Source: Anthoceros angustus (Eukaryota > Plantae > Anthocerotophyta). From it: DNA of 64,000 bases. The notes below the pieces were generated by a model. The model was not told where the DNA came from. It saw only the letters and a program-made list of their open reading frames with translations, and did no database searches. This document shows, in pieces, positions 47,801 to 61,540 of the stretch. A program made the translations under genes and the position numbers. Positions within the stretch are counted from its first letter, which is position 1; each line of letters starts with the position of its first letter. The stretch lies in contig VJWM01000025.1 in the NCBI GenBank assembly GCA_010909165.1, positions 2,108,001 through 2,172,000 of the forward strand, in the 5' to 3' direction.

Positions 47801-50732
47801 GGTTTTGGTGCTAGATTGGCTGCACCATCTGGAGCTCCTGGCGCCGGGCCCATGAATGGGGCCCTTGATAGGGGTGGATTTGGTGATATGGCCGCTTCCC
47901 AGTTAGATCAAGCCAGGATCAGTGCAGAAGCTGCTGCTGCTGCTGCTGCATCTGCGGCAGATCAGAGTCAGGCTGTTTGGAGTCGTGTGGAGGCAGGGAG
48001 CCCTGCAAATCTTCCGTCAGAACAAGAACATCAGGCTGCATCTGCTGCTGCCAGCCTAGCAGCTGCTGTCTCTGTGGCTAAAGCTGCTGCAGAAATTGCC
48101 AAAATGGCATTTGAAGCCGCATCACTTGTGAAAGAGGAATTTGAGGCTGCATCACAGGTGAAGTCCCCTGCAGATGAGACAAGAGAACTTTCTGCTCCTT
48201 CCGGACTTGGTGTCTTGCATGAGGCTAGAGAACAGACATTGAAAAGAGCTGAGGATGCAGCGGCTGCTAAACGGAGGGCTGATACCCTAGATGCAATTGC
48301 AAGAGCTGCAGAACTCGCGACTGAGGCTGCAGCACAGACTGGGGCGGTAATCTCCATGGGTGACCCTTTTCCCCTCACATTAGATGCTCTTCGACGAGAT
48401 GGCGTTCTAAATTATTGGAAGCAGGACAAGCCTCCTGAAAATACTGGTGGTAAGCGAGCAAAGGCCAAGGCAGTTCTCAGGAAACCTATCAAGAGAAAAG
48501 CAGTTGCACAAAAGGGGAAGGCAATGGATGTAATGGATGCTGAAACCAAACGCACTTCAAAGACTGGAAGTCCAGGGAAAAAACAGATCAGCAAAGAAAT
48601 CAAGGCTCGGTTAAGGGCTGCTAAGAAGAAAACCCAAATCAAACTAAAGCCTCAAGCAAAGGTGAAAGCTGTGCCAAAATCCAGTCATCCAGCCGGTTCT
48701 ACACAGAGTCCAGTGTTGAAGAAGCCTGTGGTACCCAGAGCTCCGTTATCCAGAAATCTGCCGAGTGCTAAAAAAGCAGATGTGATTGGATCTCCAGTGG
48801 CGCAACCAGATGCAGGCATGAACGGCTCTATTAATCAAGGAACTGTTGTTGAGGTTTGGTCTACCTGCCTTACTTTGAGTCTTTCCTCTTGTGTCAAGTG
48901 TTTGATGATGGGATCCTGACCTGCCTCGCTCTGTTCGCTTCAAGGATTTCTCTGATAGTTTCCGCCTGGAGTGATTAACATTGAAGTGTGCTGTTCCAGG
49001 TTCTTGGTGATGAAGATGGCCTCAGGGGTGCCTGGTTTACAGGCAAAGTTGTTGCCGTGAGGCCTGGGGAAGCGTTGGTTGAGTATGTTGAAATATTATC
49101 TGATGATGGTAAGCTCACGTTTTATCTGTAAATTCTTATCCCTCCTATTTGATCAAGACCTAGCGTGAGCATTGAACTTAAGGCTTGTGTGCATTTTTGA
49201 CCTTGTTCCATGCCATATGGCAGGAAGTGGTCCTCTGCAGGAATGGATACAGTTGGGGCCAACAGGTAATGGAGGTCAAGGTGCACCTCGAGTGCGCTTG
49301 GCACATCCCATCAGTGTTTCAAAAAACGAAAAGGCTAAAAAGCGAAGACGATCTGCTGGAGGAAACCGAAGGTGGGCCATTGGGGATAGAGTTGATGCTT
49401 GGATACGTGATGGGTAAGAACCAGATCCAATCTTTCAACGTCCTCAACATCCCTTTGTTGATCACAGTCATATACAGGATCTACACAATTTGTGCTATTG
49501 CCTATCTTCAGGTGGTGGGAAGGTTTGGTGACTGCAGTGAATAACGAGGATGAGAACAAAATTACAGTCCATTTTCCAGGTGCATTACTGTGATGAAATA
49601 TATTCTTGAGTACTTTACAACCAGCTGGCATCGGTGCTAATGTTGCTCATCATGCAGGGAGGGGACACGTCAGTAATGAAGTCATGGGATTTGAGGCCGA
49701 CACTTGTATGGAGAGATGGTAACTGGAAAGAATTCGAGCCTGACGTTGATGAGGTGAGTTTTGGCTGCTGTGGTGGTCATTTTGTGTGCATTTTATATTT
49801 GGATACTAATATCTGATCTTCGGTTCTCCTGTGGCCATGAATTGTCCACTAGCCACAGGCTGGAAGACCAGCCAAACAGCAGAAAGTTTCTGCCCAGGTT
49901 CCCAGGGTGCAGCCTAGCAAAGAGACAGGAAAGAGTGAATCCTCAAGGAAATCCAGAGCAGGTGGAAAGGCGGAAACTGTAACCAAACCTGGGAAGCAGG
50001 TCCCTGAGCCCCTCAGTGAGGTTAGGGCTGCTGAAGAAGGGAAAGATACTGGGCCAAGTTCAAAGAAGAGGAAGCAAGCTGAACTCTCTGAGGATGATGG
50101 TAGGAAAGACCACAGCAAAGAGGAAAACACCTGCACGTGATGAACAAGAGGATGCTCACGCTGTCCCAGTGAATGTGACACCTGCTTCCCAAAAGCACAA
50201 ACCCAAAGGGCTTCAAGACCAGGGCCGGCAAGTATTGCAAAACGCCTGTGACTGGCATACCTGGGACAACCACAAGAAGGAAGGGGTTGGACAGAATCCC
50301 AGAGTCGGTGCTTCAGCACGAACATCAGATGCAGGAGCACAAGCAAAGGTGGCAAGGTCGGCGAAAGCGTCTGTTAGCGGGAAGAAAGCCGTGAATGCTA
50401 AGAAATCCACCAAGGCAACACCAGCAAAGGAGAAGGAGGGAAGCACCTGCAGTGGCAGAAACCCCTTCTGCTTCACCATTGACAGACTCGTCTCCTGAAA
50501 TTTTGGAGTCAGCTAGAACACCAGGCAGGAGGTCACCCCAGAAAACTCCACCAAGGGAGCGACAAGGCGCGAAACCAAGCCGATGCCGATGAGGGTGATG
50601 ATGCAGGTCCATCGGCCAAACCTAAAGGAAAACAAAAGCAGGCACAGAAGGGTTCAAAGGTCAAGACCGCTCCACAGAAAGACAACAGGCGGAAGTCAAG
50701 CAGAAAGGCCCAGGCAACTCGTGAAGGTATGA
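44840..50732 (+). CDS. SWO1: Agenet/Tudor-domain nuclear protein of the G2484-1 / SWOLLEN1 family (frameshifts in the 3' exons as assembled)
   Basis: QLRAQILVYGAL...WMETAFG, RSRWEGSWRTACERI, KRADTLDAIARAAELATEAAAQTGAVISMGDPFPL, Agenet motifs EDGLRGAWFTGKV, WAIGDRVDAWIRDGWWEG, WDLRPTLVWRDGNW. Confidence 0.85.
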
Positions 50733-51818
50733 GGTTTGAGTAAGCTGTGCAAGCTTGATGGCCCTGTGAGCTTGAGTTCGATGATGGCCCTGTTGAGTTC
50801 GCCCAGGTGTGGAGTTTCAGGCTGCAAGTGGTTCATCGCTGCATGGTGACAAGCAGTCTTAGGACGTGCTTTTTTTAAATGATCTTGTTGGCTAAGTTCT
50901 TTTTTCAACCATGGGCTATACGTCTATAGGTTTTGGAGGGTCTGGGAAAATTGAGCAAAAAGGACACGGTACAAGGTGGGAGGGCCGAGGAGGGGTTTGG
51001 GTCATCACGCCGAGTCCAGACCTTAGGCCATGCTGTGCAGACCCTGCTGGCTTCAAGGTGTTGACTCCCATCGTTTCGATGTTATCACCTTGTTGCTGTA
51101 GCTGGTCACTGCACTGTTAACTCCTGAGCTTGCTAGTACGCGCGTTGGATTGAGTGTTAACTCTACAGCGTTGGACAGACCTCTAGTCATCCAGTTTTGC
51201 ACCTGCAACAGGCTCTTTGTAACATGTTGGCTTTGTCAGACACTTTTATCATGTGAATGCATTAACCATTTTCAGGCAGGCTTCGTTATGGATCAATTTT
51301 ATGCGTCCGTCCTTTGAAGGTTGTCGTCTATAGTCCCTACCGAAGGTACGGAAGAAAGCCAGACATCTTGTGTTGGGTACTAGAAAAGGAGGCATGTTGC
51401 TGCCGCAACGTTAGCCAGAAGGGCCGACGACTGAGTTGTGGGCAATCTCTTCCAAAAGTAAAATCTGCCGAAAACCAGGCTGCTCATTATTAACCATCCT
51501 CAGAGGTACGTAGAGCTGGCGTGTTTCCCCCTCTCAAGGTAAACGTCAGGAATCACCACGTGCAAAACCGTCTGACAAGCTGCAGGGGAGGTAAAGGAGG
51601 AGGACTTTAGGCAACCAATTCGGCTCCGCTGCTTGGCCAATCCCTCGGAATTCAACTCATGGGTTAAAGCTTCTGTCTTCCGTCTTCGTGCTGGACAAAA
51701 TGGATCAGCCCAAGCCCATATTCTTGTGCTGGCTGACAGCTAAAGGTCGACTGGCCGGGTGCATGTTCTCCAGAACTGAATTCTTCTGAACGGCTGAACC
51801 GTCCATACTCCGTTCACA

Positions 51819-53638
51819 TCACATACGACCAGTATGTTCCTCCCTTTGTAATGTTGCAGACCCATTGGATCCGTGCTTCTCCGTTCGCATTGGATCATGT
51901 TTCTTTTTATCACGGCGTGATCTGCCCTTGGACTTCCAGTCTTTTCCACCCTGTTTCCGAGGCTTGTCTACACGTGCAGAATTCTCCCTGGGGTGCAACG
52001 GAACATAACTTTCTGGTGGCGGTGGTGGTGGTGGGTTAGGCCATGGAGTTCTTTGGGAGGGAACCACAACCTCCAAAGGCGGATCTATTACCCAACTGCA
52101 AAACACAACCGAAGAGCTTAAATGTGTGTCTCAAGAAAAACACCAGCAAGGACTCCCCAAAAGCCCAAAAGCACTATCTATGTAGCACAGCATACTCAGA
52201 ACAAGAGAACTACAACAGGTCAGAGAACAGATACCGATGAGGATGCTTGCTGTCAGCTCGAGCTTCTGCGCGCAACCACCACACAAGAACACGGCTTCCA
52301 CAGTTTCCAAGAGGCTCAATCAGCTGCTCATCTCTTACAATACTTGTTGGAGAGTCAACAAGCCCATTGGCAGAAAACCAATCATCCCAATCCTTCAGCC
52401 GACGCGGCTTTAAACTACTCTCCCAGAGGATCTCCGAATTGATGACAAACCCTGCCCACTCCAGACTCCTGCGCGCTGTGAACACATCCACAGGCTCTGT
52501 ATATCCCACTGTAACAGACCCATGCGGATGGTCAACTGTATGCCACCCTACCAAATGACCAGAGCTGTTACAGACAGGGCCCTGAATCGGATAGAACTTT
52601 GAGCTAGCATCTACTGATGCAGCCTCTTCTAATTTTCTTGGCTCCTGCAGTATCCCAACTGAAACTGCTCCTAGCCATTTGACAGTTTGCACCTCTTCAA
52701 AGAACTCAAGGCTGTAAGAATTGCTTTCATCTGCAAACACCACAATGCCATGCAGCTTCTTTTGACGCACATATCTGCATAAACAAGGAAAAATCTGGTT
52801 CACATCCTGGTTGACGCAACGGCAAAGCACTTGTAGCACCTAATACAATAAGCCAAGAGGAGGAAAAGACGTGAATCTGACCTCAGTCCATCCAGCCTCA
52901 ACCTTGCTTCCACTTCAGCTTGCTCATCCCACGAACTTGGCAGGAGTACATCAGGTGTCAAGTGGACAAACTCCAAGTCTGATTTGGCTAACAGCTCCAC
53001 AGTTTCTGTAGAAGCCTGGCCCCCGGCCTCAACAACAATCCAGGTCAACGGACCTGGGATATGAGAGTGTGGAACGAAGGCCTGTTAAATGGGCAGTCTG
53101 GAAAGTGCGAGAAAAGTGGGGTTATAGCAATGATTCTCCGCCTGTGTCTCCATATAAATGCATCTGCTCCTCTTGAACACGAAGAATCAAATTGTGTGCC
53201 ACCAGCATCTGCAAGGATCTGGATGAGGCCATGGCCGGACAAGGATCTCATGTCGTCCCGACTGCTCTTAGTGCCGTTCAATGGAAGTGAACCCTCAGAT
53301 GTTTCCTTGTCCACGAGTGTGTGATTCTGTGGAGCAACCTCCGAGTGAAAAACATAAGGGTATTGCAGAGCCACATCACTGTCATTTATTCTGTTTGTGA
53401 TCTCAGTTGATGCAAGACTTAGGTAAGGAACATCAGGCTGGCTCCAGTGAAATGCAAAAAGAGATTCCCTTGAGAACCGGAAGCCAAGGACCAGACTCGC
53501 AACGCATGCCAGAATCTGTAAGAAGATCCGGCATAGAAAACCAGCGGACCAAACCGCGTTCTCTCCCGAGTGCTCAGGACTGACACCTCCTCTAGCACTC
53601 CGTGTTCTAGGAGCCGCACGGTAGCTTCCGAACTTCAT
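51819..53638 (-). CDS. IRX14: GT43 xylan synthase subunit IRX14, copy 1 (frameshifted as assembled)
   Basis: CVASLVLGFRFSRE, IIAITP, WIVVEAGG, GIVVFADESNSYSLEFFEEVQ, PIQGPVCNSSGHLVGWHT, LEWAGFVINS, EPLGNCGSRVLVWWLRAEARADSK, WVIDPPLEVVVPSQRTPWP. Confidence 0.9.
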
Positions 53639-54197
53639 CTTCCGAGGCCAAACACTACGGGCTGTTGATATGGGCTGCCGCACATAAAAGCAAGTCATGG
53701 CGCGACCTCTATCATATCTTGCCCCTCCTGAGATGTTTCACGAGGAGGAAAACCAGAACACACTAAATTCCCGCCGTGCACTAAACTTGCACTCCCGCGC
53801 TGCCTGCCGCACTTTCAAGCATTGTCATCGCTCCGAGAACCTGCTACGGTGTTTCTTGGCCGCTGTCAAGCACTGCCACGGCCCGGAGCAGAATTCTAGA
53901 ATCATGAGGTGATCAGAACACACTTTCAGCTCAGAAAACCTATCAAGAGAAAAGCAGTTGCACAAAAGGGAAGGCAATGGATGTAATGGATGCTGAAACC
54001 AAACGCACTTCAAAGAACTCAAGGCTGTAAGAAGATCCGGCATAGAAAACCAGAACACACTTTCAGCTCAGAAACATGTTGCCTCTCAAGTAAACAACAG
54101 AAAAACACCAGCAAGGACTCCCCAAAAGCCCAAAAGCACTTGTAGCACCTAATACAATAAGCCAAGAGGAGGAAAAGACGTGAATCTGACCTCAGTC

Positions 54198-56235
54198 CAT
54201 CCAGCCGGTTCTACACAGAGTCCAGTGTTGAAGAAGCCTGTGGTACCCAGAGCTCCGTTATCCAGAATCTGCCGAGTGCTAAAAAGCAGATGTGATTGGA
54301 TCTCCAGTGGCGCAACCAGATGCAGGCATGAACGGCTCTATTAATCAAGGAACTGTTGTTGAGGTTTGGTCTACCTGCCTTACTTTGAGTCTTTTCCTCT
54401 TGTGTCAAGTGTTTGATGATGGGATCCTGACCTGCCTCGCTCTGTTCGCTTCAAGGATTTCTCTGATAGTTTCCGCCTGGAGTGATTAACATTGAAGTGT
54501 GCTGTTCCAGGTTCTTGGTGATGAAGATGGCCTCAGGGTGCCTGGTTTACAGGCAAAGTTGTTGCCGTGAGGCCTGGGAAGCGTTGGTTGAGTATGTTGA
54601 AATATTATCTGATGATGGTAAGCTCACGTTTTATCTGTAAATTCTTATCCCTCCTATTTGATCAAGACCTAGCGTGAGCATTGAACTTAAGGCTTGTGTG
54701 CATTTTGACCTTGTTCCATGCCATATGGCAGGAAGTGGTCCTCTGCAGGAATGGATACAGTTGGGGCCAACAGGTAATGGAGGTCAAGGTGCACCTCGAG
54801 GCGCTTGGCACATCCCATCAGTGTTTCAAAAACGAAAAGGCTAAAAAGCGAAGACGATCTGCTGGAGGAAACCGAAGGTGGGCCATTGGGGATAGAGTTG
54901 ATGCTTGGATACGTGATGGGTAAGAACCAGATCCAATCTTTCAACGTCCTCAACATCCCTTTGTTGATCACAGTCATATACAGGATCTACACAATTTGTG
55001 CTATTGCCTATCTTCAGGTGGTGGGAAGGTTTGGTGACTGCAGTGAATAACGAGGATGAGAACAAAATTACAGTCCATTTTCCAGGTGCATTACTGTGAT
55101 GAAATATATTCTTGAGTACTTTACAACCAGCTGGCATCGGTGCTAATGTTGCTCATCATGCAGGGAGGGGACACGTCAGTAATGAAGTCATGGGATTTGA
55201 GGCCGACACTTGTATGGAGAGATGGTAACTGGAAAGAATTCGAGCCTGACGTTGATGAGGTGAGTTTTGGCTGCTGTGGTGGTCATTTTGTGTGCATTTT
55301 ATATTTGGATACTAATATCTGATCTTCGGTTCTCCTGTGGCCATGAATTGTCCACTAGCCACAGGCTGGAAGACCAGCCAAACAGCAGAAAGTTTCTGCC
55401 CAGGTTCCCAGGGTGCAGCCTAGCAAAGAGACAGGAAAGAGTGAATCCTCAAGGAAATCCAGAGCAGGTGGAAAGGCGGAAACTGTAACCAAACCTGGGA
55501 AGCAGGTCCCTGAGCCCCTCAGTGAGGTTAGGGCTGCTGAAGAAGGGAAAGATACTGGGCCAAGTTCAAAGAAGAGGAAGCAAGCTGAACTCTCTGAGGA
55601 TGATGGTAGGAAAGACCACAGCAAAGAGGAAAACACCTGCACGTGATGAACAAGAGGATGCTCACGCTGTCCCAGTGAATGTGACACCTGCTTCCCAAAA
55701 GCACAAACCCAAAGGGCTTCAAGACCAGGGCCGGCAAGTATTGCAAAACGCCTGTGACTGGCATACCTGGGACAACCACAAGAAGGAAGGGGTTGGACAG
55801 AATCCCAGAGTCGGTGCTTCAGCACTTCATCAGATCAGATGCAGGAGCACAAGCAAAGGTGGCAAGGTCGGCGCGTCTGTTAGCGGGAAGAAAGCCGTGA
55901 ATGCTAAGAAATCCACCAAGGCAACACCAGCAAAGGAGAAGGAGGGAAGCACCTGCAGTGGCAGAAACCCTTCTGCTTCACCATTGACAGACTGTCTCCT
56001 GAAATTTTGGAGTCAGCTAGAACACCAGGCAGGAGGTCACCCCAGAAAACTCCACCAAGGGAGCGACAAGGCGCGAAACCAAGCCGATGCCGATGAGGGT
56101 GATGATGCAGGTCCATCGCCAAACCTAAAGGAAAACAAAAGCAGGCACAGAAGGGTTCAAAGGTCAAGACTGCTCCACAGAAAGACAACAGGCGGAAGTC
56201 AAGCAGAAAGGCCCAGGCAACTCGTGAAGGTATGA
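54198..56235 (+). pseudogene. SWO1: Duplicate 3' half of SWO1 (Agenet exons), copy 2
   Basis: Near-identical to 48686-50732; lacks the 5' exons; frameshifted. Confidence 0.75.
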
Positions 56236-57313
56236 GGTTTGAGTAAGCTGTGCAAGCTTGATGGCCCTGTGAGCTTGAGTTCGATGATGGCCCTGTTGAG
56301 TTCGCCCAGGTGTGGAGTTTCAGGCTGCAAGTGGTTCATCGTTGCTGCATGGTGACAAGCAGTCTTAGGACGTGCTTTTTAAATGATCTTGTTGGCTAAG
56401 TTCTTTTTCAACCATGGGCTATACGTCTATAGGTTTTGAGGGTCTGGGAAAATTGAGCAAAAGGACACGGTACAAGGTGGAGGGCCGAGGAGGGTTTGGG
56501 TCATCACGCCGAGTCCAGACCTTAGGCCATGCTGTGCAGACCCTGCTGGCTTCAAGGTGTTGACTCCCATCGTTTCGATGTTATCACCTTGTTGCTGTAG
56601 CTGGTCACTGCACTGTTAACTCCTGAGCTTGCTAGTACGCGCGTTGGATTGAGTGTTAACTCTACAGCGTTGGACAGACCTCTAGTCATCCAGTTTTGCA
56701 CCTGCAACAGGCTCTTTGTAACATGTTGGCTTTGTCAGACACTTTTATCATGTGAATGCATTAACCATTTTCAGGCAGGCTTCGTTATGGATCAATTTTA
56801 TGCGTCCGTCCTTTGAAGGTTGTCGTCTATAGTCCCTACCGAAGGTACGGAAGAAAGCCAGACATCTTGTGTTGGGTACTAGAAAGGAGGCATGTTGCTG
56901 CCGCAACGTTAGCCAGAAGGGCCGACGACTGAGTTGTGGGCAATCTCTTCCAAAAGTAAAATCTGCCGAAAACCAGGCTGCTCATTATTAACCATCCTCA
57001 GAGGTACGTAGAGCTGGCGTGTTTCCCCTCTCAAGGTAAACGTCAGGAATCACCACGTGCAAAACCGTCTGACAAGCTGCAGGGGAGGTAAAGGAGGAGG
57101 ACTTTAGGCAACCAATTCGGCTCCGCTGCTTGGCCAATCCTCGGAATTCAACTCATGGGTTAAAGCTTCTGTCTTCCGTCTTCGTGCTGGACAAAATGGA
57201 TCAGCCCAAGCCCATATTCTTGTGCTGGCTGACAGCTAAAGGTCGACTGGCCGGTGCATGTTCTCCAGAACTGAATTCTTCTGAACGGCTGAACCGTCCA
57301 TACTCCGTTCACA

Positions 57314-59137
57314 TCACATACGACCAGTATGTTCCTCCCTTTGTAATGTTGCAGACCCATTGGATCCGTGCTTCTCCGTTCGCATTGGATCATGTTTCTT
57401 TTATCACGGCGTGATCTGCCCTTGGACTTCCAGTCTTTCCACCCTGTTTCCGAGGCTTGTCTACACGTGCAGAATTCTCCCTGGGTGCAACGGAACATAA
57501 CTTTCTGGTGGCGGTGGTGGTGGTGGGTTAGGCCATGGAGTTCTTTGGGAGGGAACCACAACCTCCAAAGGCGGATCTATTACCCAACTGCAAAACACAA
57601 CCGAAGAGCTTAAATGTGTGTCTCAAGAAAAACACCAGCAAGGACTCCCCAAAGCCCAAAAGCACTATCTATGTGTAGCACAGCATACTCAGAACAAGAG
57701 AACTACAACAGGTCAGAGAACAGATACCGATGAGGATGCTTGCTGTCAGCTCGAGCTTCTGCGCGCAACCACCACACAAGAACACGGCTTCCACAGTTTC
57801 CAAGAGGCTCAATCAGCTGCTCATCTCTTACAATACTTGTTGGAGAGTCAACAAGCCCATTGGCAGAAAACCAATCATCCCAATCCTTCAGCCGACGCGG
57901 CTTTAAACTACTCTCCCAGAGGATCTCCGAATTGATGACAAACCCTGCCCACTCCAGACTCCTGCGCGCTGTGAACACATCCACAGGCTCTGTATATCCC
58001 ACTGTAACAGACCCATGCGGATGGTCAACTGTATGCCACCCTACCAAATGACCAGAGCTGTTACAGACAGGGCCCTGAATCGGATAGAACTTTGAGCTAG
58101 CATCTACTGATGCAGCCTCTTCTAATTTTCTTGGCTCCTGCAGTATCCCAACTGAAACTGCTCCTAGCCATTTGACAGTTTGCACCTCTTCAAAGAACTC
58201 AAGGCTGTAAGAATTGCTTTCATCTGCAAACACCACAATGCCATGCAGCTTCTTTTGACGCACATATCTGCATAAACAAGGAAAAATCTGGTTCACATCC
58301 TGGTTGACGCAACGGCAAAGCATAGCACCTAATACAATAAGCCAAGAGGGAGGAAAAGACGTGAATCTGACCTCAGTCCATCCAGCCTCAACCCTTGCTT
58401 CCACTTCAGCTTGCTCATCCCACGAACTTGGCAGGAGTACATCAGGTGTCAAGTGGACAAACTCCAAGTCTGATTTGGCTAACAGCTCCACAGTTTCTGT
58501 AGAAGCCTGGCCCCGGCTCAATAACAATCCAGGTCAACGGACCTGGGATATGAGAGAGTGTGGAACGAAGGCCTGTTAAATGGGCAGTCTGGAAAGTGCG
58601 AGAAAAGTGGGGTTATAGCAATGATTCTCCGCCTGTGTCTGCTCATATAAATGCATCTGCTCCTCTTGAACACGAAGAATCAAATTGTGTGCCACCAGCA
58701 TCTGCAAGGATCTGGATGAGGCCATGGCCGGACAAGGATCTCATGTCGTCCCACATGCACCGACTGCTCTTAGTGCCGTTCAATGGAAGTGAACCCTCAG
58801 ATGTTTCCTTGTCCACGAGTGTGTGATTCTGTGGAGCAACCTCCGAGTGAAAACATGGGTATTGCAGAGCCACATCACTGTCATTTATTCTGTTTGTGAT
58901 CTCAGTTGATGCAAGACTTAGGTAAGGAACATCAGGCTGGCTCCAGTGAAATGCAAAAAGAGATTCCCTTGAGAACCGGAAGCCAAGGACCAGACTCGCA
59001 ACGCATGCCAGAATCTGTAAGAAGATCCGGCATAGAAAACCAGCGGACCAAACCGCGTTCTCTCCCGAGTGCTCAGGACTGACACCTCCTCTAGCACTCC
59101 GTGTTCTAGGAGCCGCACGGTAGCTTCCGAACTTCAT
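57314..59137 (-). CDS. IRX14: IRX14 copy 2 (frameshifted as assembled)
   Basis: Near-identical to copy 1; ATG at 59137. Confidence 0.75.
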
Positions 59138-59559
59138 CTTCCGAGGCCAAACACTACGGGCTGTTGATATGGGCTGCCCGCACATAAAAGCAAGTCATGG
59201 CGCGACCTCTATCATATCTTGCCCTCCTGAGATGTTTCACACGAGGAGGAAAACCAGAACACTAAATTCCGCCGTGCACTAAACTTGCACTCCCGCGCTG
59301 CCTGCCGCACTTTCAAGCATTGTCATCGCTCCGAGAACCTGCTACGGTGTTTCTTGGCCGCTGTCAAGCACTGCCACGGCCCGGAGCGGGAATTCTAGAA
59401 TCATGAGGTGATCAGAACACACTTTCAGCTCAGAAACATGTTGCCTCTCAAGTAAACAACAGAATCCCTTGCACGCTGTACAGATCGAAACCGCAAAAAC
59501 AACCAGGTCAAGCAGAGAAGTGACAACAGAAAACAGCAGAGAAAAGCAACAAGACATAC

Positions 59560-61540
59560 TGCGAGTGCTAAAAAGCAGATGTGATTGGATCTCCAGTGGC
59601 GCAACCAGATGCAGGCATGAACGGCTCTATTAATCAAGGAACTGTTGTTGAGGTTTGGTCTACCTGCCTTACTTTGAGTCTTTCCTCTTGTGTCAAGTGT
59701 TTGATGATGGGATCCTGACCTGCCTCGCCTGTTCGCTTCAAGGATTTCTCTGATAGTTTCCGCCTGGAGTGATTAACATTGAAGTGTGCTGTTCCAGGTT
59801 CTTGGTGATGAAGATGGCCTCAGGGTGCCTGGTTTACAGGCAAAGTTGTTGCCGTGAGGCCTGGGAAGCGTTGGTTGAGTATGTTGAAATATTATCTGAT
59901 GATGGTAAGCTCACGTTTTATCTGTAAATTCTATCCCTCCTATTTGATCAAGACCTAGCGTGAGCATTGAACTTAAGGCTTGTGTGCATTTTGACCTTGT
60001 TCCATGCCATATGGCAGGAAGTGGTCCTCTGCAGGAATGGATACAGTTGGGGCCAACAGGTAATGGAGGTCAAGGTGCACCTCGAGTGCGCTTGGCACAT
60101 CCCATCAGTGTTTCAAAAACGAAAAGGCTAAAAAGCGAAGACGATCTGCTGGAGGAAACCAAGGTGGGCCATTGGGGATAGAGTTGATGCTTGGATACGT
60201 GATGGGTAAGAACCAGATCCAATCTTTCAACGTCCTCAACATCCCTTTGTTGATCACAGTCATATACAGGATCTACACAATTTGTGCTATTGCCTATCTT
60301 CAGGTGGTGGGAAGGTTTGGTGACTGCAGTGAATAACGAGGATGAGAACAAAATTACAGTCCATTTTCCAGGTGCATTACTGTGATGAAATATATTCTTG
60401 AGTACTTTACAACCAGCTGGCATCGGTGCTAATGTTGCTCATCATGCAGGGGAGGGGGACACGTCAGTAATGAAGTCATGGGATTTGAGGCCGACACTTG
60501 TATGGAGAGATGGTAACTGGAAAGAATTCGAGCCTGACGTTGATGAGGTGAGTTTTGGCTGCTGTGGTGGTCATTTTGTGTGCATTTTATATTTGGATAC
60601 TAATATCTGATCTTCGGTTCTCCTGTGGCCATGAATTGTCCACTAGCCACAGGCTGGAAGACCAGCCAAACAGCAGAAAGTTTCTGCCCAGGTTCCCAGG
60701 GTGCAGCCTAGCAAAGAGACAGGAAAGAGTGAATCCTCAAGGAAATCCAGAGCAGGTGGAAAGGCGGAAACTGTAACCAAACCTGGGAAGCAGGTCCCTG
60801 AGCCCCTCAGTGAGGTTAGGGCTGCTGAAGAAGGGAAAGATACTGGGCCAAGTTCAAAGAAGAGGAAGCAAGCTGAACTCTCTGAGGATGATGTGGTAGG
60901 AAAGACCACAGCAAAGAGGAAAACACCTGCACGTGATGAACAAGAGGATGCTCACGCTGTCCCAGTGAATGTGACACCTGCTTCCCAAAAGCACAAACCC
61001 AAAAGGGCTTCGAAGACCAGGGCGCCGGCAAGTATTGCAAAAACGCCTGTGACTGGCATACCTGGGACAACCACAAGAAGGAAGGGGGTTGGACAGAATC
61101 CCAGAGTCGGTGCTTCAGCACGAACATCAGATGCAGGAGCACAAGCAAAGGTGGCAAGGTCGGCGAAAGCGTCTGTTAGCGGGAAGAAAGCCGTGAATGC
61201 TAAGAAATCCACCAAGGCAACACCAGCAAAGGAGAAGGAGAGGGAAGCACCTGCAGTGGCAGAAACCCCTTCTGCTTCACCATTGACAGACTCGTCTCCT
61301 GAAATTTTGGAGTCAGCTAGAACACCAGGCAGGGAGGTCACCCCAGAAAACTCCACCAAGGGAGCGACAAGAGGCGTGCGAAACCAAGCCGATGCCGATG
61401 AGGGTGATGATGCAGGTCCATCGGCCAAACCTAAAGGAAAACAAAAGCAGGCACAGAAGGGTTCAAAGGTCAAGACCGCTCCACAGAAAGACAACAGGCG
61501 GAAGTCAAGCAGAAAGGCCCAGGCAACTCGTAAGGTATGA
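59560..61540 (+). pseudogene. SWO1: Duplicate 3' half of SWO1, copy 3 (last exon open, 279 aa)
   Basis: ORF 60701-61540 is the uninterrupted version of the last exon, which is frameshifted in copies 1 and 2. Confidence 0.75.
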
